DNA from: Escherichia phage N2
Reading direction: 5' to 3' (one strand)
Length of the DNA stretch: 64,000 nt
Sequence record: ON645936.1
The position numbers were made by a program, and so were the translations under genes. The notes below the pieces were generated by a model. It made no database searches. It was not told the origin of the DNA and saw only the letters and a list, made by a program, of their open reading frames with translations. Numbering within the stretch: the first letter of the stretch is position 1; each line of letters begins with the position of its first letter. Below, piece after piece: positions 48,689 to 63,784 of this stretch.

Positions 48689-50671
48689 ATGGCAAATACC
48701 CCTGTAAATTATCAATTAACAAGAACAGCAAATGCTATTCCCGAGATATTCGTCGGGGGTACATTTGCTGAAATAAAACAAAACCTCATTGAATGGCTTA
48801 ATGGTCAAAATGAATTTTTGGATTATGATTTTGAAGGATCAAGATTAAACGTTCTGTGTGACCTTTTAGCTTATAATACATTATACATTCAGCAGTTTGG
48901 TAATGCTGCCGTATATGAAAGCTTTATGCGTACTGCTAACTTACGTAGTTCAGTAGTTCAAGCTGCACAAGATAATGGATATTTACCTACTTCAAAATCA
49001 GCTGCTCAAACTGAAATTATGCTAACTTGTACAGACGCATTGAATAGAAATTACATTACTATTCCTCGTGGTACTCGCTTTTTAGCATATGCAAAGGATA
49101 CTTCTGTTAATCCTTATAACTTTGTCTCTACCGAAGATGTTATTGCTATTCGCGATAAAAATAACCAATATTTTCCGCGTTTAAAATTGGCCCAGGGACG
49201 TATAGTAAGAACTGAAATCATTTATGATAAATTAACACCTATTATCATTTATGACAAAAATATAGATAGAAACCAAGTTAAGCTGTATGTTGATGGAGCA
49301 GAATGGATTAACTGGACAAGAAAGTCAATGGTTCATGCTGGTTCTACATCAACAATTTACTACATGCGTGAAACTATTGATGGAAATACTGAATTTTATT
49401 TTGGTGAAGGTGAGATTTCCGTTAATGCGGCAGAAGGAGCATTGACTGCTAATTATATTGGAGGTCTTAAACCTACTCAGAACTCTACGATTGTTATTGA
49501 GTATATCAGTACTAACGGTGCAGATGCGAATGGTGCAGTCGGATTTTCATACGCAGATACATTAACAAATATAACTGTCATCAATATTAACGAAAATCCA
49601 AATGATGACCCAGATTTTGTTGGGGCAGATGGCGGCGGCGATCCAGAAGATATTGAGCGTATTCGCGAATTGGGTACTATTAAACGCGAAACCCAGCAAC
49701 GCTGCGTAACTGCAACCGACTATGATACATTCGTCTCAGAAAGATTCGGTTCTATTATTCAAGCGGTTCAGACTTTCACTGATTCTACTAAACCTGGTTA
49801 TGCATTTATTGCTGCTAAACCTAAATCAGGACTATATTTAACTACTGTACAACGCGAAGATATTAAAAATTATCTCAAAGATTATAATTTAGCTCCTATT
49901 ACACCATCAATTATTTCTCCTAATTATCTTTTTGTTAAGACTAATTTAAAAGTCACATATGCTTTAAATAAGCTGCAAGAATCAGAACAGTGGCTAGAAG
50001 GTCAAATAATTGATAAAATTGATCGTTATTATACCGAAGACGTAGAAATTTTTAATTCATCTTTCGCTAAATCTAAGATGTTGACATATGTAGATGATGC
50101 AGATCATTCTATCATTGGCTCATCAGCGACAATTCAGATGGTACGTGAAGTACAAAACTTCTATAAAACGCCTGAAGCAGGTATTAAATACAATAATCAA
50201 ATAAAAGATCGTTCTATGGAATCTAATACGTTTTCATTTAATTCTGGACGAAAGGTTGTAAATCCTGATACTGGCTTAGAAGAAGATGTATTATATGACG
50301 TTCGTATAGTATCAACAGACCGAGATTCTAAAGGAATTGGTAAAGTTATTATTGGTCCATTTGCTTCGGGTGATGTTACAGAAAATGAAAACATTCAGCC
50401 ATATACAGGCAATGATTTTAATAAATTAGCAAGTTCCGATGGACGTGACAAATACTATGTTATCGGTGAAATAAATTATCCAGCTGATGTGATTTATTGG
50501 AATATCGCTAAAATTAATTTAACATCTGAAAAATTTGAAGTTCAGACTATTGAATTATATTCTGACCCAACCGATGATGTTATCTTTACTCGCGATGGTT
50601 CACTGATTGTATTTGAAAATGACTTACGTCCACAATACTTAACTATCGATTTGGAGCCTATATCACAATGA
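48689..50671 (+). CDS. 6: baseplate wedge subunit gp6
   Basis: 660 aa, as T4 gp6. Confidence 0.9.
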   Translation: MANTPVNYQLTRTANAIPEIFVGGTFAEIKQNLIEWLNGQNEFLDYDFEGSRLNVLCDLLAYNTLYIQQFGNAAVYESFMRTANLRSSVVQAAQDNGYLPTSKSAAQTEIMLTCTDALNRNYITIPRGTRFLAYAKDTSVNPYNFVSTEDVIAIRDKNNQYFPRLKLAQGRIVRTEIIYDKLTPIIIYDKNIDRNQVKLYVDGAEWINWTRKSMVHAGSTSTIYYMRETIDGNTEFYFGEGEISVNAAEGALTANYIGGLKPTQNSTIVIEYISTNGADANGAVGFSYADTLTNITVININENPNDDPDFVGADGGGDPEDIERIRELGTIKRETQQRCVTATDYDTFVSERFGSIIQAVQTFTDSTKPGYAFIAAKPKSGLYLTTVQREDIKNYLKDYNLAPITPSIISPNYLFVKTNLKVTYALNKLQESEQWLEGQIIDKIDRYYTEDVEIFNSSFAKSKMLTYVDDADHSIIGSSATIQMVREVQNFYKTPEAGIKYNNQIKDRSMESNTFSFNSGRKVVNPDTGLEEDVLYDVRIVSTDRDSKGIGKVIIGPFASGDVTENENIQPYTGNDFNKLASSDGRDKYYVIGEINYPADVIYWNIAKINLTSEKFEVQTIELYSDPTDDVIFTRDGSLIVFENDLRPQYLTIDLEPISQ

Positions 50672-53600
50672 CAGTAAAAGCACCTTCAGTCACTAGTCTC
50701 AGAATTTCCAAGTTATCCGCAAATCAGGTGCAAGTACGCTGGGATGACGTTGGTGCTAATTTCTACTATTTTGTAGAAATCGCTGAGACAAAAACAGACT
50801 CGGGGGAAAATCTCCCGAGTAATCAATACAAATGGATTAACTTAGGATATACTGCAAATAACAGCTTCTTTTTTGATGATGCTGATCCGTTAACATCATA
50901 CATTATTAGAGTAGCTACAGCTGCACAAGATTTTGAGCAGTCTGATTGGATTTATACCGAAGAGTTTGAAACTTTTGCTACAAACGCTTATACATTTCAA
51001 AACATGATTGAAATGCAATTAGCTAATAAATTCATTCAGGAAAAATTTACTCTTAATAATTCTGACTATGTCAATTTTAACAATGACACTATAATGGCTG
51101 CATTGATGAATGAATCGTTTCAATTCAGCCCATCATATGTTGATGTTTCATCAATAAGTAATTTTATTATTGGTGAAAATGAGTATCATGAAATACAAGG
51201 TTCTATTCAGCAAGTATGTAAGGATATTAATCGAGTTTATTTGATGGAATCAGAAGGGATTCTATATCTTTTTGAGCGCTATCAGCCTGTAGTTAAAGTA
51301 TCCAATGATAAAGGACAAACCTGGAAAGCTGTAAAGCTCTTCAATGACCGTGTAGGATATCCTTTATCTAAGACAGTATATTACCAATCTGCAAACACAA
51401 CATACGTTCTAGGATACGACAAGATTTTCTATGGCCGCAAATCTACTGATGTTAGATGGTCAGCTGATGATGTCAGATTTAGTTCGCAGGATATAACATT
51501 CGCTAAACTCGGTGACCAATTACATCTAGGATTTGATGTAGAAATTTTTGCCACTTACGCGACTTTACCAGCTAATGTATACCGTATTGCAGAAGCTATT
51601 ACTTGCACCGATGATTACATTTACGTTGTCGCCAGAGACAAAGTTAGATACATAAAAACGAGTAATGCACCTATAGATTCTGATCCATTATCTCCGACAT
51701 ATTCGGAAAGACTTTTTGAACCTGATACAATGACTATAACCGGAAATCCTAAAGCAGTATGCTATAAAATGGATTCTGTCGGTGATAAAGTTTTTGCTCT
51801 TATTATTGGTGAAGTTGAAACATTAAATGCTAATCCTAGAACATCAAAAATAATTGATTCTGTTGATAAAGGAATATATGTTTTAAATCATGACACAAAA
51901 ACGTGGAAAAGAGTTTTTGGCAACACTGAAGAAGAAAGAAGACGTATTCAACCAGGGTATGCGAATATGTCAACTGATGGTAAATTAGTTTCTTTATCAT
52001 CGAGTAATTTTAAATTTTTAAGTGATAACGTTGTTAATGACCCTGAAACTGTGGTGAAATATCAGTTAATCGGTGCTGTTAAATATGAATTTCCTCGTGA
52101 ATGGCTAGCTGATAAGCATTATCATATGATGGCATTTATAGCAGATGAAAAGTCTGATTGGGAAACTTTTACTCCTCAGCCGATGAAATACTACGCTGAA
52201 CCATTCTTTAACTGGTCTAAAAAATCTAACACACGTTGTTGGATAAACAACTCTGATAGGGTTGTAGTAGTTTATGCTGATTTAAAATATACTAAAGTTA
52301 TAGAAAACATTCCTGAAACATCACCAGATAGATTAGTTCATGAATACTGGGATGATGGCGATTGTACGATAGTAATGCCAAATGTTAAATTCACGGGATT
52401 TAAAAAATACGCATCTGGGATGCTTTTTTATAAGTCTTCTGGTGAAATAATTTCTTACTATGATTTTAACTATCGAGTGAGAGACACGGTTGAAATAATT
52501 TGGAAGCCAACTGAAATATTTTTAAAAGCATTTTTACAAAACCAAGAGCGTGAAACTCCTTGGTCCCCGGAAGAAGAGCATGGATTAGCTGATCCTGATT
52601 TAAGACCATTGATTGGCACAATGATGCCTGATTCTTATTTGCTACAGGATTCGAATTTTGAGGCATTTTGCGAAGCATATATTCAGTATCTTTCTGATGG
52701 ATATGGAACTCAGTATAACAATTTACGAAATTTAATTCGTAACAAATATCCACGAGAAGAGCATGCATGGGAATATTTGTGGTCAGAGATATATAAAAGA
52801 AACATTTATTTAAATGCTGACAAACGCGATGCTGTTGCAAGATTTTTCGAATCACGTAGCTATGATTTTTATTCTACTAAAGGAATTGAAGCATCATACA
52901 AATTTCTTTTTAAAGTTCTTTATAATGAAGAGGTTGAAATTGAAATTGAGTCTGGGGCTGGTACTGAATATGATATAATCGTTCAATCTGATTCTTTGAC
53001 TGAAGATTTAGTAGGACAAACGATTTATACAGCTACAGGAAGATGTAATGTTACTTATATAGAAAGAAGCTATTCCAATGGCAAATTGCAATGGACCGTA
53101 ACTATTCATAATCTTTTGGGAAGATTAATTGCCGGTCAAGAAGTTAAAGCAGAAAGACTCCCTAGTTTCGAAGGTGAAATTATTCGCGGGGTTAAAGGAA
53201 AGGATTTGCTTCAAAATAATATAGACTATATTAATAGAAGTAGATCATATTATGTAATGAAAATTAAATCCAATTTACCTTCTTCCCGCTGGAAATCTGA
53301 CGTTATTCGTTTTGTTCATCCAGTAGGATTTGGATTTATAGCAATTACCCTTTTAACAATGTTTATTAATGTTGGTTTAACTCTTAAACACACAGAGACT
53401 ATAATTAATAAATACAAAAACTATAAATGGGATTCTGGATTGCCTACTGAATATGCTGATAGAGTAGCCAAATTGACTCCAACCGGTGAAATTGAGCATG
53501 ATTCAGTAACAGGCGAAGCAATTTATGAACCTGGCCCAATGGCTGGTGTAGAATATCCTCTTCCTGATGACTATAATGCTGAAAATAATAATTCAATATT

Positions 53601-53766
53601 TCAAGGTCAATTGCCATCTGAACGACGTAAATTAATGAGTCCTCTATTTGATGCATCTGGAACAACATTTGCACAATTTAGGGATTTAGTTAATAAACGC
53701 CTAAAAGATAATATAGGAAATCCAAGAGACCCTGAAAATCCAACACAGGTTAAAATAGATGAATGA
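50668..53766 (+). CDS. 7: baseplate wedge subunit gp7
   Basis: 1032 aa, as T4 gp7. Confidence 0.9.
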   Translation: MTVKAPSVTSLRISKLSANQVQVRWDDVGANFYYFVEIAETKTDSGENLPSNQYKWINLGYTANNSFFFDDADPLTSYIIRVATAAQDFEQSDWIYTEEFETFATNAYTFQNMIEMQLANKFIQEKFTLNNSDYVNFNNDTIMAALMNESFQFSPSYVDVSSISNFIIGENEYHEIQGSIQQVCKDINRVYLMESEGILYLFERYQPVVKVSNDKGQTWKAVKLFNDRVGYPLSKTVYYQSANTTYVLGYDKIFYGRKSTDVRWSADDVRFSSQDITFAKLGDQLHLGFDVEIFATYATLPANVYRIAEAITCTDDYIYVVARDKVRYIKTSNAPIDSDPLSPTYSERLFEPDTMTITGNPKAVCYKMDSVGDKVFALIIGEVETLNANPRTSKIIDSVDKGIYVLNHDTKTWKRVFGNTEEERRRIQPGYANMSTDGKLVSLSSSNFKFLSDNVVNDPETVVKYQLIGAVKYEFPREWLADKHYHMMAFIADEKSDWETFTPQPMKYYAEPFFNWSKKSNTRCWINNSDRVVVVYADLKYTKVIENIPETSPDRLVHEYWDDGDCTIVMPNVKFTGFKKYASGMLFYKSSGEIISYYDFNYRVRDTVEIIWKPTEIFLKAFLQNQERETPWSPEEEHGLADPDLRPLIGTMMPDSYLLQDSNFEAFCEAYIQYLSDGYGTQYNNLRNLIRNKYPREEHAWEYLWSEIYKRNIYLNADKRDAVARFFESRSYDFYSTKGIEASYKFLFKVLYNEEVEIEIESGAGTEYDIIVQSDSLTEDLVGQTIYTATGRCNVTYIERSYSNGKLQWTVTIHNLLGRLIAGQEVKAERLPSFEGEIIRGVKGKDLLQNNIDYINRSRSYYVMKIKSNLPSSRWKSDVIRFVHPVGFGFIAITLLTMFINVGLTLKHTETIINKYKNYKWDSGLPTEYADRVAKLTPTGEIEHDSVTGEAIYEPGPMAGVEYPLPDDYNAENNNSIFQGQLPSERRKLMSPLFDASGTTFAQFRDLVNKRLKDNIGNPRDPENPTQVKIDE

Positions 53767-54763
53767 TTCAAGTGTTATCTATCGTGCGATAGTTACTTCA
53801 AAATTTAGAACAGAAAAAATGTTGAATTTTTATAATTCAATTGGAAGTGGTCCGGATAAAAACACTATCTTTATTACATTTGGAAGATCAGAACCGTGGT
53901 CATCAAACGAAAATGAGGTGGGATTTGCCCCACCTTATCCCACCGATTCTGTGTTAGGTGTAACTGACATGTGGACTCATATGATGGGAACCGTGAAGGT
54001 TCTTCCATCTATGCTTGATGCAGTTATTCCTCGTCGAGATTGGGGAGATACTAGATATCCGGATCCATACACATTTAGAATTAACGATATTGTAGTGTGT
54101 AACTCAGCTCCTTACAACGCTACCGAATCAGGCGCAGGCTGGTTAGTATATCGTTGTTTAGATGTTCCTGATACTGGAATGTGCTCAATTGAGTCTTTAA
54201 CTAATAAGGATGAATGCCTTAAGCTAGGTGGAAAATGGACTCCTTCTGTTAGGTCAATGACTCCTCCTGAAGGTCGAGGAGACGCGGAAGGAACAATCGA
54301 ACCTGGAGACGGGTATGTATGGGAATATCTTTTTGAGATTCCGCCTGATGTATCTATAAACAGATGCACGAATGAATATATCGTGGTTCCTTGGCCTGAG
54401 GAATTAAAAGAAGATCCGACTAGATGGGGGTATGAAGATAACCTCACTTGGCAGCAAGATGATTTTGGATTAATTTACCGGGTTAAGGCAAATACTATTC
54501 GTTTTAAAGCATACTTAGATTCAGTTTATTTTCCTGAAGCTGCATTGCCAGGAAATAAAGGATTTAGACAAATATCGATAATCACAAATCCTCTTGAAGC
54601 TAAAGTTCATCCAAATGACCCAAACGTTAAAGCTGAAAAGGATTACTATGATCCGGAAGATTTAATGAGGCATTCGGGCGAAATGATTTATATGGAAAAT
54701 AGGCCACCTATTATTATGGCAATGGATCAAACAGAAGAAATCAATATTCTGTTTACATTTTAA
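53759..54763 (+). CDS. 8: baseplate wedge subunit gp8
   Basis: 334 aa, as T4 gp8. Confidence 0.9.
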   Translation: MNDSSVIYRAIVTSKFRTEKMLNFYNSIGSGPDKNTIFITFGRSEPWSSNENEVGFAPPYPTDSVLGVTDMWTHMMGTVKVLPSMLDAVIPRRDWGDTRYPDPYTFRINDIVVCNSAPYNATESGAGWLVYRCLDVPDTGMCSIESLTNKDECLKLGGKWTPSVRSMTPPEGRGDAEGTIEPGDGYVWEYLFEIPPDVSINRCTNEYIVVPWPEELKEDPTRWGYEDNLTWQQDDFGLIYRVKANTIRFKAYLDSVYFPEAALPGNKGFRQISIITNPLEAKVHPNDPNVKAEKDYYDPEDLMRHSGEMIYMENRPPIIMAMDQTEEINILFTF

Positions 54764-54768
54764 ATTAA

Positions 54769-54786
54769 GGGAGCCCATGGGCTCCC
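54769..54786 (+). terminator. rho-independent terminator after gene 8
   Basis: GGGAGCCC-AU-GGGCUCCC hairpin followed by UUUUU. Confidence 0.6.
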
Positions 54787-54794
54787 TTTTTCTT

Positions 54795-54802
54795 TATAAA
54801 TA
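54795..54802 (+). promoter_or_regulatory. late promoter TATAAATA for gene 9
   Basis: exact TATAAATA 25 nt upstream of the gene 9 start. Confidence 0.6.
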
Positions 54803-54826
54803 CTATAAACTCATAAGGAAACCGCT

Positions 54827-55693
54827 ATGTTCATTCAAGAACCAAAGAAATTGATTGATACCGGCGAAATTGGTAACGCTTCTACTGGTGATATCTTATT
54901 CGACGGTGGTAATAAAATTAATAGTGATTTTAACGCAATTTATAACGCGTTTGGTGATCAGCGTAAAATGGCAGTAGCAAATGGCACTGGCGCTGACGGC
55001 CAAATTATCCATGCTACTGGATATTATCAAAAGCATTCTATCACAGAGTACGCAACTCCGGTGAAAGTTGGTACTAGACATGATATTGATACCTCTACTG
55101 TTGGTGTTAAAGTTATCATTGAAAGAGGCGAACTTGGTGACTGCGTTGAATTTATTAACTCAAATGGATCAATATCAGTTACTAATCCTTTAACAATTCA
55201 AGCCATTGATTCAATTAAAGGTGTTTCAGGTAATTTAGTAGTAACTAGCCCATATAGTAAAGTAACTTTACGTTGTATTTCATCTGATAATTCTACATCG
55301 GTGTGGAATTATTCTATTGAAAGTATGTTTGGTCAAAAGGAATCACCAGCTGAAGGTACATGGAATATTTCTACATCCGGATCAGTTGATATTCCACTAT
55401 TTCATCGTACTGAATATAACATGGCTAAGTTGTTAGTTACATGCCAATCAGTAGATGGAAGAAAAATTAAAACGGCAGAAATAAATATTCTTGTGGATAC
55501 TGTTAATTCAGAGGTCATTTCTTCTGAATATGCTGTCATGCGAGTTGGGAATGAAACCGAAGAAGACGAAATCGCTAATATTGCATTTAGTATTAAAGAA
55601 AATTATGTAACGGCGACTATAAGTTCTTCAACTGTCGGTATGAGAGCAGCAGTTAAAGTTATCGCTACGCAGAAAATCGGGGTGGCTCAATAA
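54827..55693 (+). CDS. 9: baseplate wedge / long tail fibre socket gp9
   Basis: 288 aa, as T4 gp9. Confidence 0.9.
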   Translation: MFIQEPKKLIDTGEIGNASTGDILFDGGNKINSDFNAIYNAFGDQRKMAVANGTGADGQIIHATGYYQKHSITEYATPVKVGTRHDIDTSTVGVKVIIERGELGDCVEFINSNGSISVTNPLTIQAIDSIKGVSGNLVVTSPYSKVTLRCISSDNSTSVWNYSIESMFGQKESPAEGTWNISTSGSVDIPLFHRTEYNMAKLLVTCQSVDGRKIKTAEINILVDTVNSEVISSEYAVMRVGNETEEDEIANIAFSIKENYVTATISSSTVGMRAAVKVIATQKIGVAQ

Positions 55694-57501
55694 TGAAACA
55701 AAATATTAATATCGGTAATGTTGTTGATGATGGTACCGGTGACTACCTGCGTAAAGGTGGTATAAAAATAAATGAAAACTTTGATGAGCTTTATTATGAG
55801 CTCGGTGATGGAGATGTTCCATATTCAGCCGGTGCCTGGAAAACTTATGATGCTTCATCTGGCCAAACACTAAAAGCCGAATGGGGAAAATCATACGCTA
55901 TTAATACCTCTTCTGGAAGAGTAACTATAAATCTTCCAAAAGGAACTGTCAATGATTACAACAAGGTAATTAGAGCTAGAGACGTATTTGCTACATGGAA
56001 CGTCAACCCAGTTACACTAGTAGCTGCTTCCGGCGATACGATTAAAGGGTCTGCAGTACCAGTTGAAATTAATGTTCAATTCAGCGATTTAGAATTAGTG
56101 TATTGCGCCCCAGGACGTTGGGAATATGTCAAAAATAAGCAAATTGACAAAATTACCAGTTCAGACATTAGTAATGTAGCTCGTAAAGAATTTTTAGTCG
56201 AAGTCCAAGGACAAACAGACTTTTTAGATGTTTTCCGTGGAACTAGTTATAATGTAAATAACATCCGAGTAAAACATCGTGGTAACGAATTGTATTACGG
56301 CGATGTATTTAGTGAAAACAGCGATTTTGGCTCTCCGGGAGAAAATGAAGGTGAATTAGTTCCTCTTGATGGATTTAATATTCGATTAAGACAGCCTTGT
56401 AATATTGGTGACACTGTTCAAATTGAAACATTTATGGATGGTGTATCACAATGGAGAAGTTCATATACAAGACGCCAAATTAGACTGTTAGATTCAAAAT
56501 TAACGTCAAAGACTTCTTTAGAAGGAAGCATTTACGTTACTGATTTATCAACAATGAAATCAATTCCGTTTTCAGCTTTTGGATTAATTCCAGGTGAACC
56601 TATTAATCCTAATTCTCTTGAGGTCCGTTTTAATGGAATTTTACAAGAATTGGCTGGAACAGTTGGAATGCCATTATTTCATTGTGTTGGTGCCGATTCA
56701 GACGATGAAGTAGAATGCTCTGTTTTAGGTGGAACTTGGGAACAGTCTCATACAGACTATTCAGTTGAAACTGATGAAAACGGCATACCAGAAATTTTAC
56801 ATTTCGATAGAGTATTTGAGCATGGCGACATTATCAATATCACCTGGTTTAATAATGATTTAGGCACATTATTAACAAAAGATGAGATTATTGATGAAAC
56901 TGATAATCTCTATGTATCGCAAGGACCAGGAGTAGATATTTCCGGTGATGTAAATTTAACAGACTTCGATAAAATTGGTTGGCCAAATGTAGAAGCAGTT
57001 CAATCTTATCAACGTGAATTTAATGCTGTTTCAAATATCTTTGATACGATTTATCCTATTGGAACTATATATGAAAACGCTGTTAATCCAAATAACCCTG
57101 TTACATATATGGGATTCGGCTCATGGAAATTATTTGGGCAAGGAAAAGTTTTAGTTGGATGGAATGAAGATATTTCGGACCCTAACTTTGCTCTAAATAA
57201 CAACGATTTAGATTCGGGTGGAAATCCTTCACATACTGCGGGCGGAACAGGTGGTTCTACTTCTGTTACATTGGAAAATGCTAATCTTCCTGCAACCGAA
57301 ACAGATGAAGAAGTTCTAATAGTTGATGAAAATGGATCAGTCATTGTTGGTGGATGTCAATACGATCCAGATGAATCCGGTCCAGTTTACACGAAATACC
57401 GTGAAGCTAAAGCATCTACTAACTCTACTCACACTCCGCCAACATCAATAACTAACATTCAACCATATATTACAGTTTATCGTTGGATAAGGATTGCATA
57501 A
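55693..57501 (+). CDS. 10: baseplate wedge / tail pin gp10
   Basis: 602 aa, as T4 gp10. Confidence 0.9.
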   Translation: MKQNINIGNVVDDGTGDYLRKGGIKINENFDELYYELGDGDVPYSAGAWKTYDASSGQTLKAEWGKSYAINTSSGRVTINLPKGTVNDYNKVIRARDVFATWNVNPVTLVAASGDTIKGSAVPVEINVQFSDLELVYCAPGRWEYVKNKQIDKITSSDISNVARKEFLVEVQGQTDFLDVFRGTSYNVNNIRVKHRGNELYYGDVFSENSDFGSPGENEGELVPLDGFNIRLRQPCNIGDTVQIETFMDGVSQWRSSYTRRQIRLLDSKLTSKTSLEGSIYVTDLSTMKSIPFSAFGLIPGEPINPNSLEVRFNGILQELAGTVGMPLFHCVGADSDDEVECSVLGGTWEQSHTDYSVETDENGIPEILHFDRVFEHGDIINITWFNNDLGTLLTKDEIIDETDNLYVSQGPGVDISGDVNLTDFDKIGWPNVEAVQSYQREFNAVSNIFDTIYPIGTIYENAVNPNNPVTYMGFGSWKLFGQGKVLVGWNEDISDPNFALNNNDLDSGGNPSHTAGGTGGSTSVTLENANLPATETDEEVLIVDENGSVIVGGCQYDPDESGPVYTKYREAKASTNSTHTPPTSITNIQPYITVYRWIRIA

Positions 57502-58160
57502 TGAGTTTACTTAATAATAAAGCGGGAGTTATTTCCCGCTTAGCCGATTTTCTTGGTTTTAGACCTAAAACTGGCGACATCGATGTAATGAATCGTCAAT
57601 CAGTTGGGTCAGTGACAATTTCTCAACTAGCGAAAGGATTTTATGAACCAAACGTAGAATCAGCTATTAATGATGTTCATAATTTTTCTATAAAAGACGT
57701 TGGTACAATTATTACTAATAAAACTGGTGTTTCTCCTGAGGGTGTTTCTCAAACTGATTATTGGGCGTTTTCGGGAACTGTAACAGATGATTCGCTTCCT
57801 CCTGGTTCTCCTGTTACTGTATTAGTATTCGGTCTTCCAGTTTCAGCAACAACCGGAATGACAGCTATTGAGTTTGTCGCCAAAGTTCGTGTTGCTCTAC
57901 AAGAAGCTATTGCGTCATTTACTGCTATCAATTCATATAAAGACCATCCAACCGATGGTAGTAAATTAGAAGTTACTTATTTAGATAATCAGAAACATGT
58001 ATTAAGCACATATTCCACATATGGAATAACTATTTCCCAAGAAATTATTTCAGAATCTAAGCCTGGATATGGCACATGGAATTTGCTTGGTGCACAAACT
58101 GTAACTTTAGATAATCAGCAAACTCCAATAGTACTTTATCATTTTGAGAGAACAGCATGA
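57501..58160 (+). CDS. 11: baseplate wedge / short tail fibre connector gp11
   Basis: start at [20 protein letters not shown] (219 aa); ATG overlaps gp10 stop. Confidence 0.9.
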   Translation: MSLLNNKAGVISRLADFLGFRPKTGDIDVMNRQSVGSVTISQLAKGFYEPNVESAINDVHNFSIKDVGTIITNKTGVSPEGVSQTDYWAFSGTVTDDSLPPGSPVTVLVFGLPVSATTGMTAIEFVAKVRVALQEAIASFTAINSYKDHPTDGSKLEVTYLDNQKHVLSTYSTYGITISQEIISESKPGYGTWNLLGAQTVTLDNQQTPIVLYHFERTA

Positions 58161-59740
58161 GTAATAATACATATCAACACGTTTCTAATGAATCTCGCTA
58201 TGTAAAATTTGATCCAACTGGTACAAATTTTCCGGCAGAGATTACTGATGTTCAGGCTGCTATAGCAGCCATTTCTCCTGCTGGTGTAAATGGAGTTCCT
58301 GATGCATCATCAACAACAAAAGGAATTTTATTTCTTGCCACTGAACAGGAAGTTATCGACGGAACTGATAATACCAAAGCAGTTACACCAGCAACGTTGG
58401 CAACAAGATTATCTTATCCAAACGCAACTGAAACTGTTTATGGATTAACAAGATATTCAACCAATGATGAAGCAATTGCCGGAGTTAATAATGAATCTTC
58501 TATAACTCCCGCTAAATTTACTGTTGCCCTTAATAATGCCTTTGAAACACGAGTTTCAACTGAATCATCAAATGGAGTTATTAAAATTTCATCTCTACCG
58601 CAAGCATTAGCTGGCGCAGATGATACTACTGCGATGACTCCGTTAAAAACGCAGCAGTTAGCTATTAAACTAATTGCGCAAATCGCTCCTTCTGAAACCA
58701 CAGCTACCGAATCGGACCAAGGTGTTGTTCAATTAGCGACAGTAGCTCAAGTTCGTCAAGGAACCTTAAGAGAAGGCTATGCAATTTCTCCTTATACGTT
58801 CATGAATTCTACTGCTACTGAAGAATATAAAGGCGTAATTAAATTAGGAACACAATCAGAAGTTAACTCGAATAATGCTTCTGTTGCGGTTACTGGTGCA
58901 ACTCTTAATGGTCGTGGTTCTACAACGTCAATGAGAGGCGTAGTTAAATTAACTACAACTGCCGGCTCACAGAGTGGAGGCGATGCTTCATCAGCATTAG
59001 CTTGGAATGCTGATGTTATCCACCAAAGAGGTGGTCAAACGATTAATGGAACACTTCGCATTAATAATACGCTCACAATAGCTTCAGGCGGAGCAAATAT
59101 TACCGGAACAGTTAACATGACCGGTGGTTATATTCAGGGTAAGCGTGTTGTAACGCAGAATGAAATAGATAGAACTATTCCTGTCGGAGCTATTATGATG
59201 TGGGCGGCTGATAGTCTTCCTAGTGATGCTTGGCGTTTTTGTCACGGTGGAACTGTTTCAGCGTCAGATTGTCCATTATATGCTTCTAGAATTGGAACAA
59301 GATACGGCGGAAGCTCATCAAATCCTGGATTACCTGATATGCGTGGTCTTTTTGTTCGTGGCTCTGGTCGTGGCTCTCACTTAACAAATCCAAATGTTAA
59401 TGGTAATGACCAATTCGGTAAACCTAGATTAGGTGTAGGTTGTACCGGTGGATATGTTGGTGAAGTACAAAAACAACAGATGTCTTATCATAAACACGCT
59501 GGCGGATTTGGTGAGCATGATGATTCTGGAGCATTCGGTAATACCCGTAGATCAAATTTTGTTGGTACACGTAAAGGACTTGACTGGGATAACCGTTCAT
59601 ACTTCACCAATGATGGATATGAAATTGACCCAGCATCACAACGAAATTCCAAATATACATTAAATCGTCCTGAATTAATTGGAAATGAAACACGTCCATG
59701 GAACATTTCTTTAAACTACATAATTAAGGTAAAAGAATGA
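58157..59740 (+). CDS. 12: short tail fibre gp12
   Basis: 527 aa, as T4 gp12. Confidence 0.9.
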   Translation: MSNNTYQHVSNESRYVKFDPTGTNFPAEITDVQAAIAAISPAGVNGVPDASSTTKGILFLATEQEVIDGTDNTKAVTPATLATRLSYPNATETVYGLTRYSTNDEAIAGVNNESSITPAKFTVALNNAFETRVSTESSNGVIKISSLPQALAGADDTTAMTPLKTQQLAIKLIAQIAPSETTATESDQGVVQLATVAQVRQGTLREGYAISPYTFMNSTATEEYKGVIKLGTQSEVNSNNASVAVTGATLNGRGSTTSMRGVVKLTTTAGSQSGGDASSALAWNADVIHQRGGQTINGTLRINNTLTIASGGANITGTVNMTGGYIQGKRVVTQNEIDRTIPVGAIMMWAADSLPSDAWRFCHGGTVSASDCPLYASRIGTRYGGSSSNPGLPDMRGLFVRGSGRGSHLTNPNVNGNDQFGKPRLGVGCTGGYVGEVQKQQMSYHKHAGGFGEHDDSGAFGNTRRSNFVGTRKGLDWDNRSYFTNDGYEIDPASQRNSKYTLNRPELIGNETRPWNISLNYIIKVKE

Positions 59741-61200
59741 CAGATATTGTACTGAATGACTTACCATTCGTTGACGGCCCTCCTGCAGAGGGCCAGAGCC
59801 GCATTTCCTGGATTAAAAACGGCGAAGAAATATTAGGAGCTGACACACAGTATGGAAGCGAAGGTTCAATGAATAGACCTACAGTTTCTGTACTAAGAAA
59901 TGTTGAAGTTCTTGATAAAAACATTGGAATACTTAAAACATCTTTAGAAACCGCAAATAGTGATATTAAAACAATTCAGGGCATCTTAGATGTATCTGGT
60001 GATATTGAAGCTTTGGCCCAAATAAGTATCAATAAAAAGGATATTTCTGACCTTAAAACGCTAACCAGTGAACATACAGAAATATTAAATGGGACTAATA
60101 GTACGGTTGACAGCATTCTTGCTGATATTGGTCCATTTAACTCCGAGGCCAACTCTGTATACAGAACGATCAGAAATGATTTACTGTGGATAAAGCGTGA
60201 ACTTGGACAATACACGGGTCAAGATATTAATGGTCTTCCTGTTGTAGGAAATCCTAGCACAGGAATGAAGCATCGCATTATTAATAATACTGATGTCATC
60301 ACTTCACAGGGAATACGTTTAAGCGAATTAGAAACAAAATTTATTGAATCTGATGTAGGTTCTTTAACTATTGAAGTTGGTAATCTTCGCGAAGAGCTTG
60401 GACCTAAACCACCGTCATTTTCACAAAACATCTACAGTCGTTTAAATGAAATTGACACTAAACAGACAACAGTTGAGTCTGACATTAGTGCTATTAAGAC
60501 CTCAATAGGATATCCAGGAAATAATTCGATTATCACGAGTGTTAATACAAACACTGATAATATTGCATCTATTAATTTAGAGCTAAATCAAAGTGGAGGT
60601 ATTAAACAACGTTTAACCGTTATTGAAACTTCTATTGGTTCAGATGATATTCCTTCGAGTATTAAAGGTCAAATCAAAGATAATACGACTTCAATTGAAG
60701 CTCTAAATGGAATCGTCGGTGAAAACACTTCATCCGGTTTAAGAGCGAATGTTTCGTGGTTAAACCAAATTGTTGGAACTGATTCTAGCGGTGGACAACC
60801 TTCTCCTCCTGGGTCTCTTTTAAACCGAGTTTCTACAATTGAAACTTCTGTTTCAAGCTTGAACAACGATGTTCAGAACCTACAAGTAGAGATTGGTAAT
60901 AACAGCACAGGAATTAAAGGGCAAGTTGTAGCGTTAAATACTTTAGTAAATGGAACTAATCCAAACGGTTCAACTGTCGAAGAACGTGGATTAACCAATT
61001 CAATAAAAGCTAACGAAACCAACATTGCATCAGTTACACAAGAAGTGAATACAGCCAAAGGTAGTATATCTTCTCTGCAAGGTGATGTTCAAGCTCTACA
61101 AGAAGCAGGTTATATTCCTGAAGCTCCAAAAGATGGTCAAGCTTACGTTCGTAAAGACGGCGAATGGGTATTACTTTCTACCTTTTTATCACCAGCATAA
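59737..61200 (+). CDS. wac: fibritin (whisker) Wac
   Basis: 487 aa; coiled-coil heptads; C-terminal foldon [27 protein letters not shown]. Confidence 0.95.
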   Translation: MTDIVLNDLPFVDGPPAEGQSRISWIKNGEEILGADTQYGSEGSMNRPTVSVLRNVEVLDKNIGILKTSLETANSDIKTIQGILDVSGDIEALAQISINKKDISDLKTLTSEHTEILNGTNSTVDSILADIGPFNSEANSVYRTIRNDLLWIKRELGQYTGQDINGLPVVGNPSTGMKHRIINNTDVITSQGIRLSELETKFIESDVGSLTIEVGNLREELGPKPPSFSQNIYSRLNEIDTKQTTVESDISAIKTSIGYPGNNSIITSVNTNTDNIASINLELNQSGGIKQRLTVIETSIGSDDIPSSIKGQIKDNTTSIEALNGIVGENTSSGLRANVSWLNQIVGTDSSGGQPSPPGSLLNRVSTIETSVSSLNNDVQNLQVEIGNNSTGIKGQVVALNTLVNGTNPNGSTVEERGLTNSIKANETNIASVTQEVNTAKGSISSLQGDVQALQEAGYIPEAPKDGQAYVRKDGEWVLLSTFLSPA

Positions 61201-61203
61201 CAT

Positions 61204-61219
61204 GGGGCCGCAAGGCCCC
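61204..61219 (+). terminator. stem-loop GGGGCC-GCAA-GGCCCC after wac
   Basis: 6-bp GC stem with GNRA loop; weak U-tract. Confidence 0.45.
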
Positions 61220-61232
61220 AAAGGATTTTTAA

Positions 61233-63743
<2,511 letters not shown>

Positions 63744-63784
63744 TAAATATTATAAACTAATTAAAGCCCAGATTAGGAGAAATC

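Noticed and set aside
57483-57500. ORF-track start of gene 11 at 57483 (MDKDCI...)
   Set aside because: Lies inside the end of gene 10; the ATG at 57501 overlapping the gene 10 stop gives the expected 219-aa N-terminus MSLLNNK.
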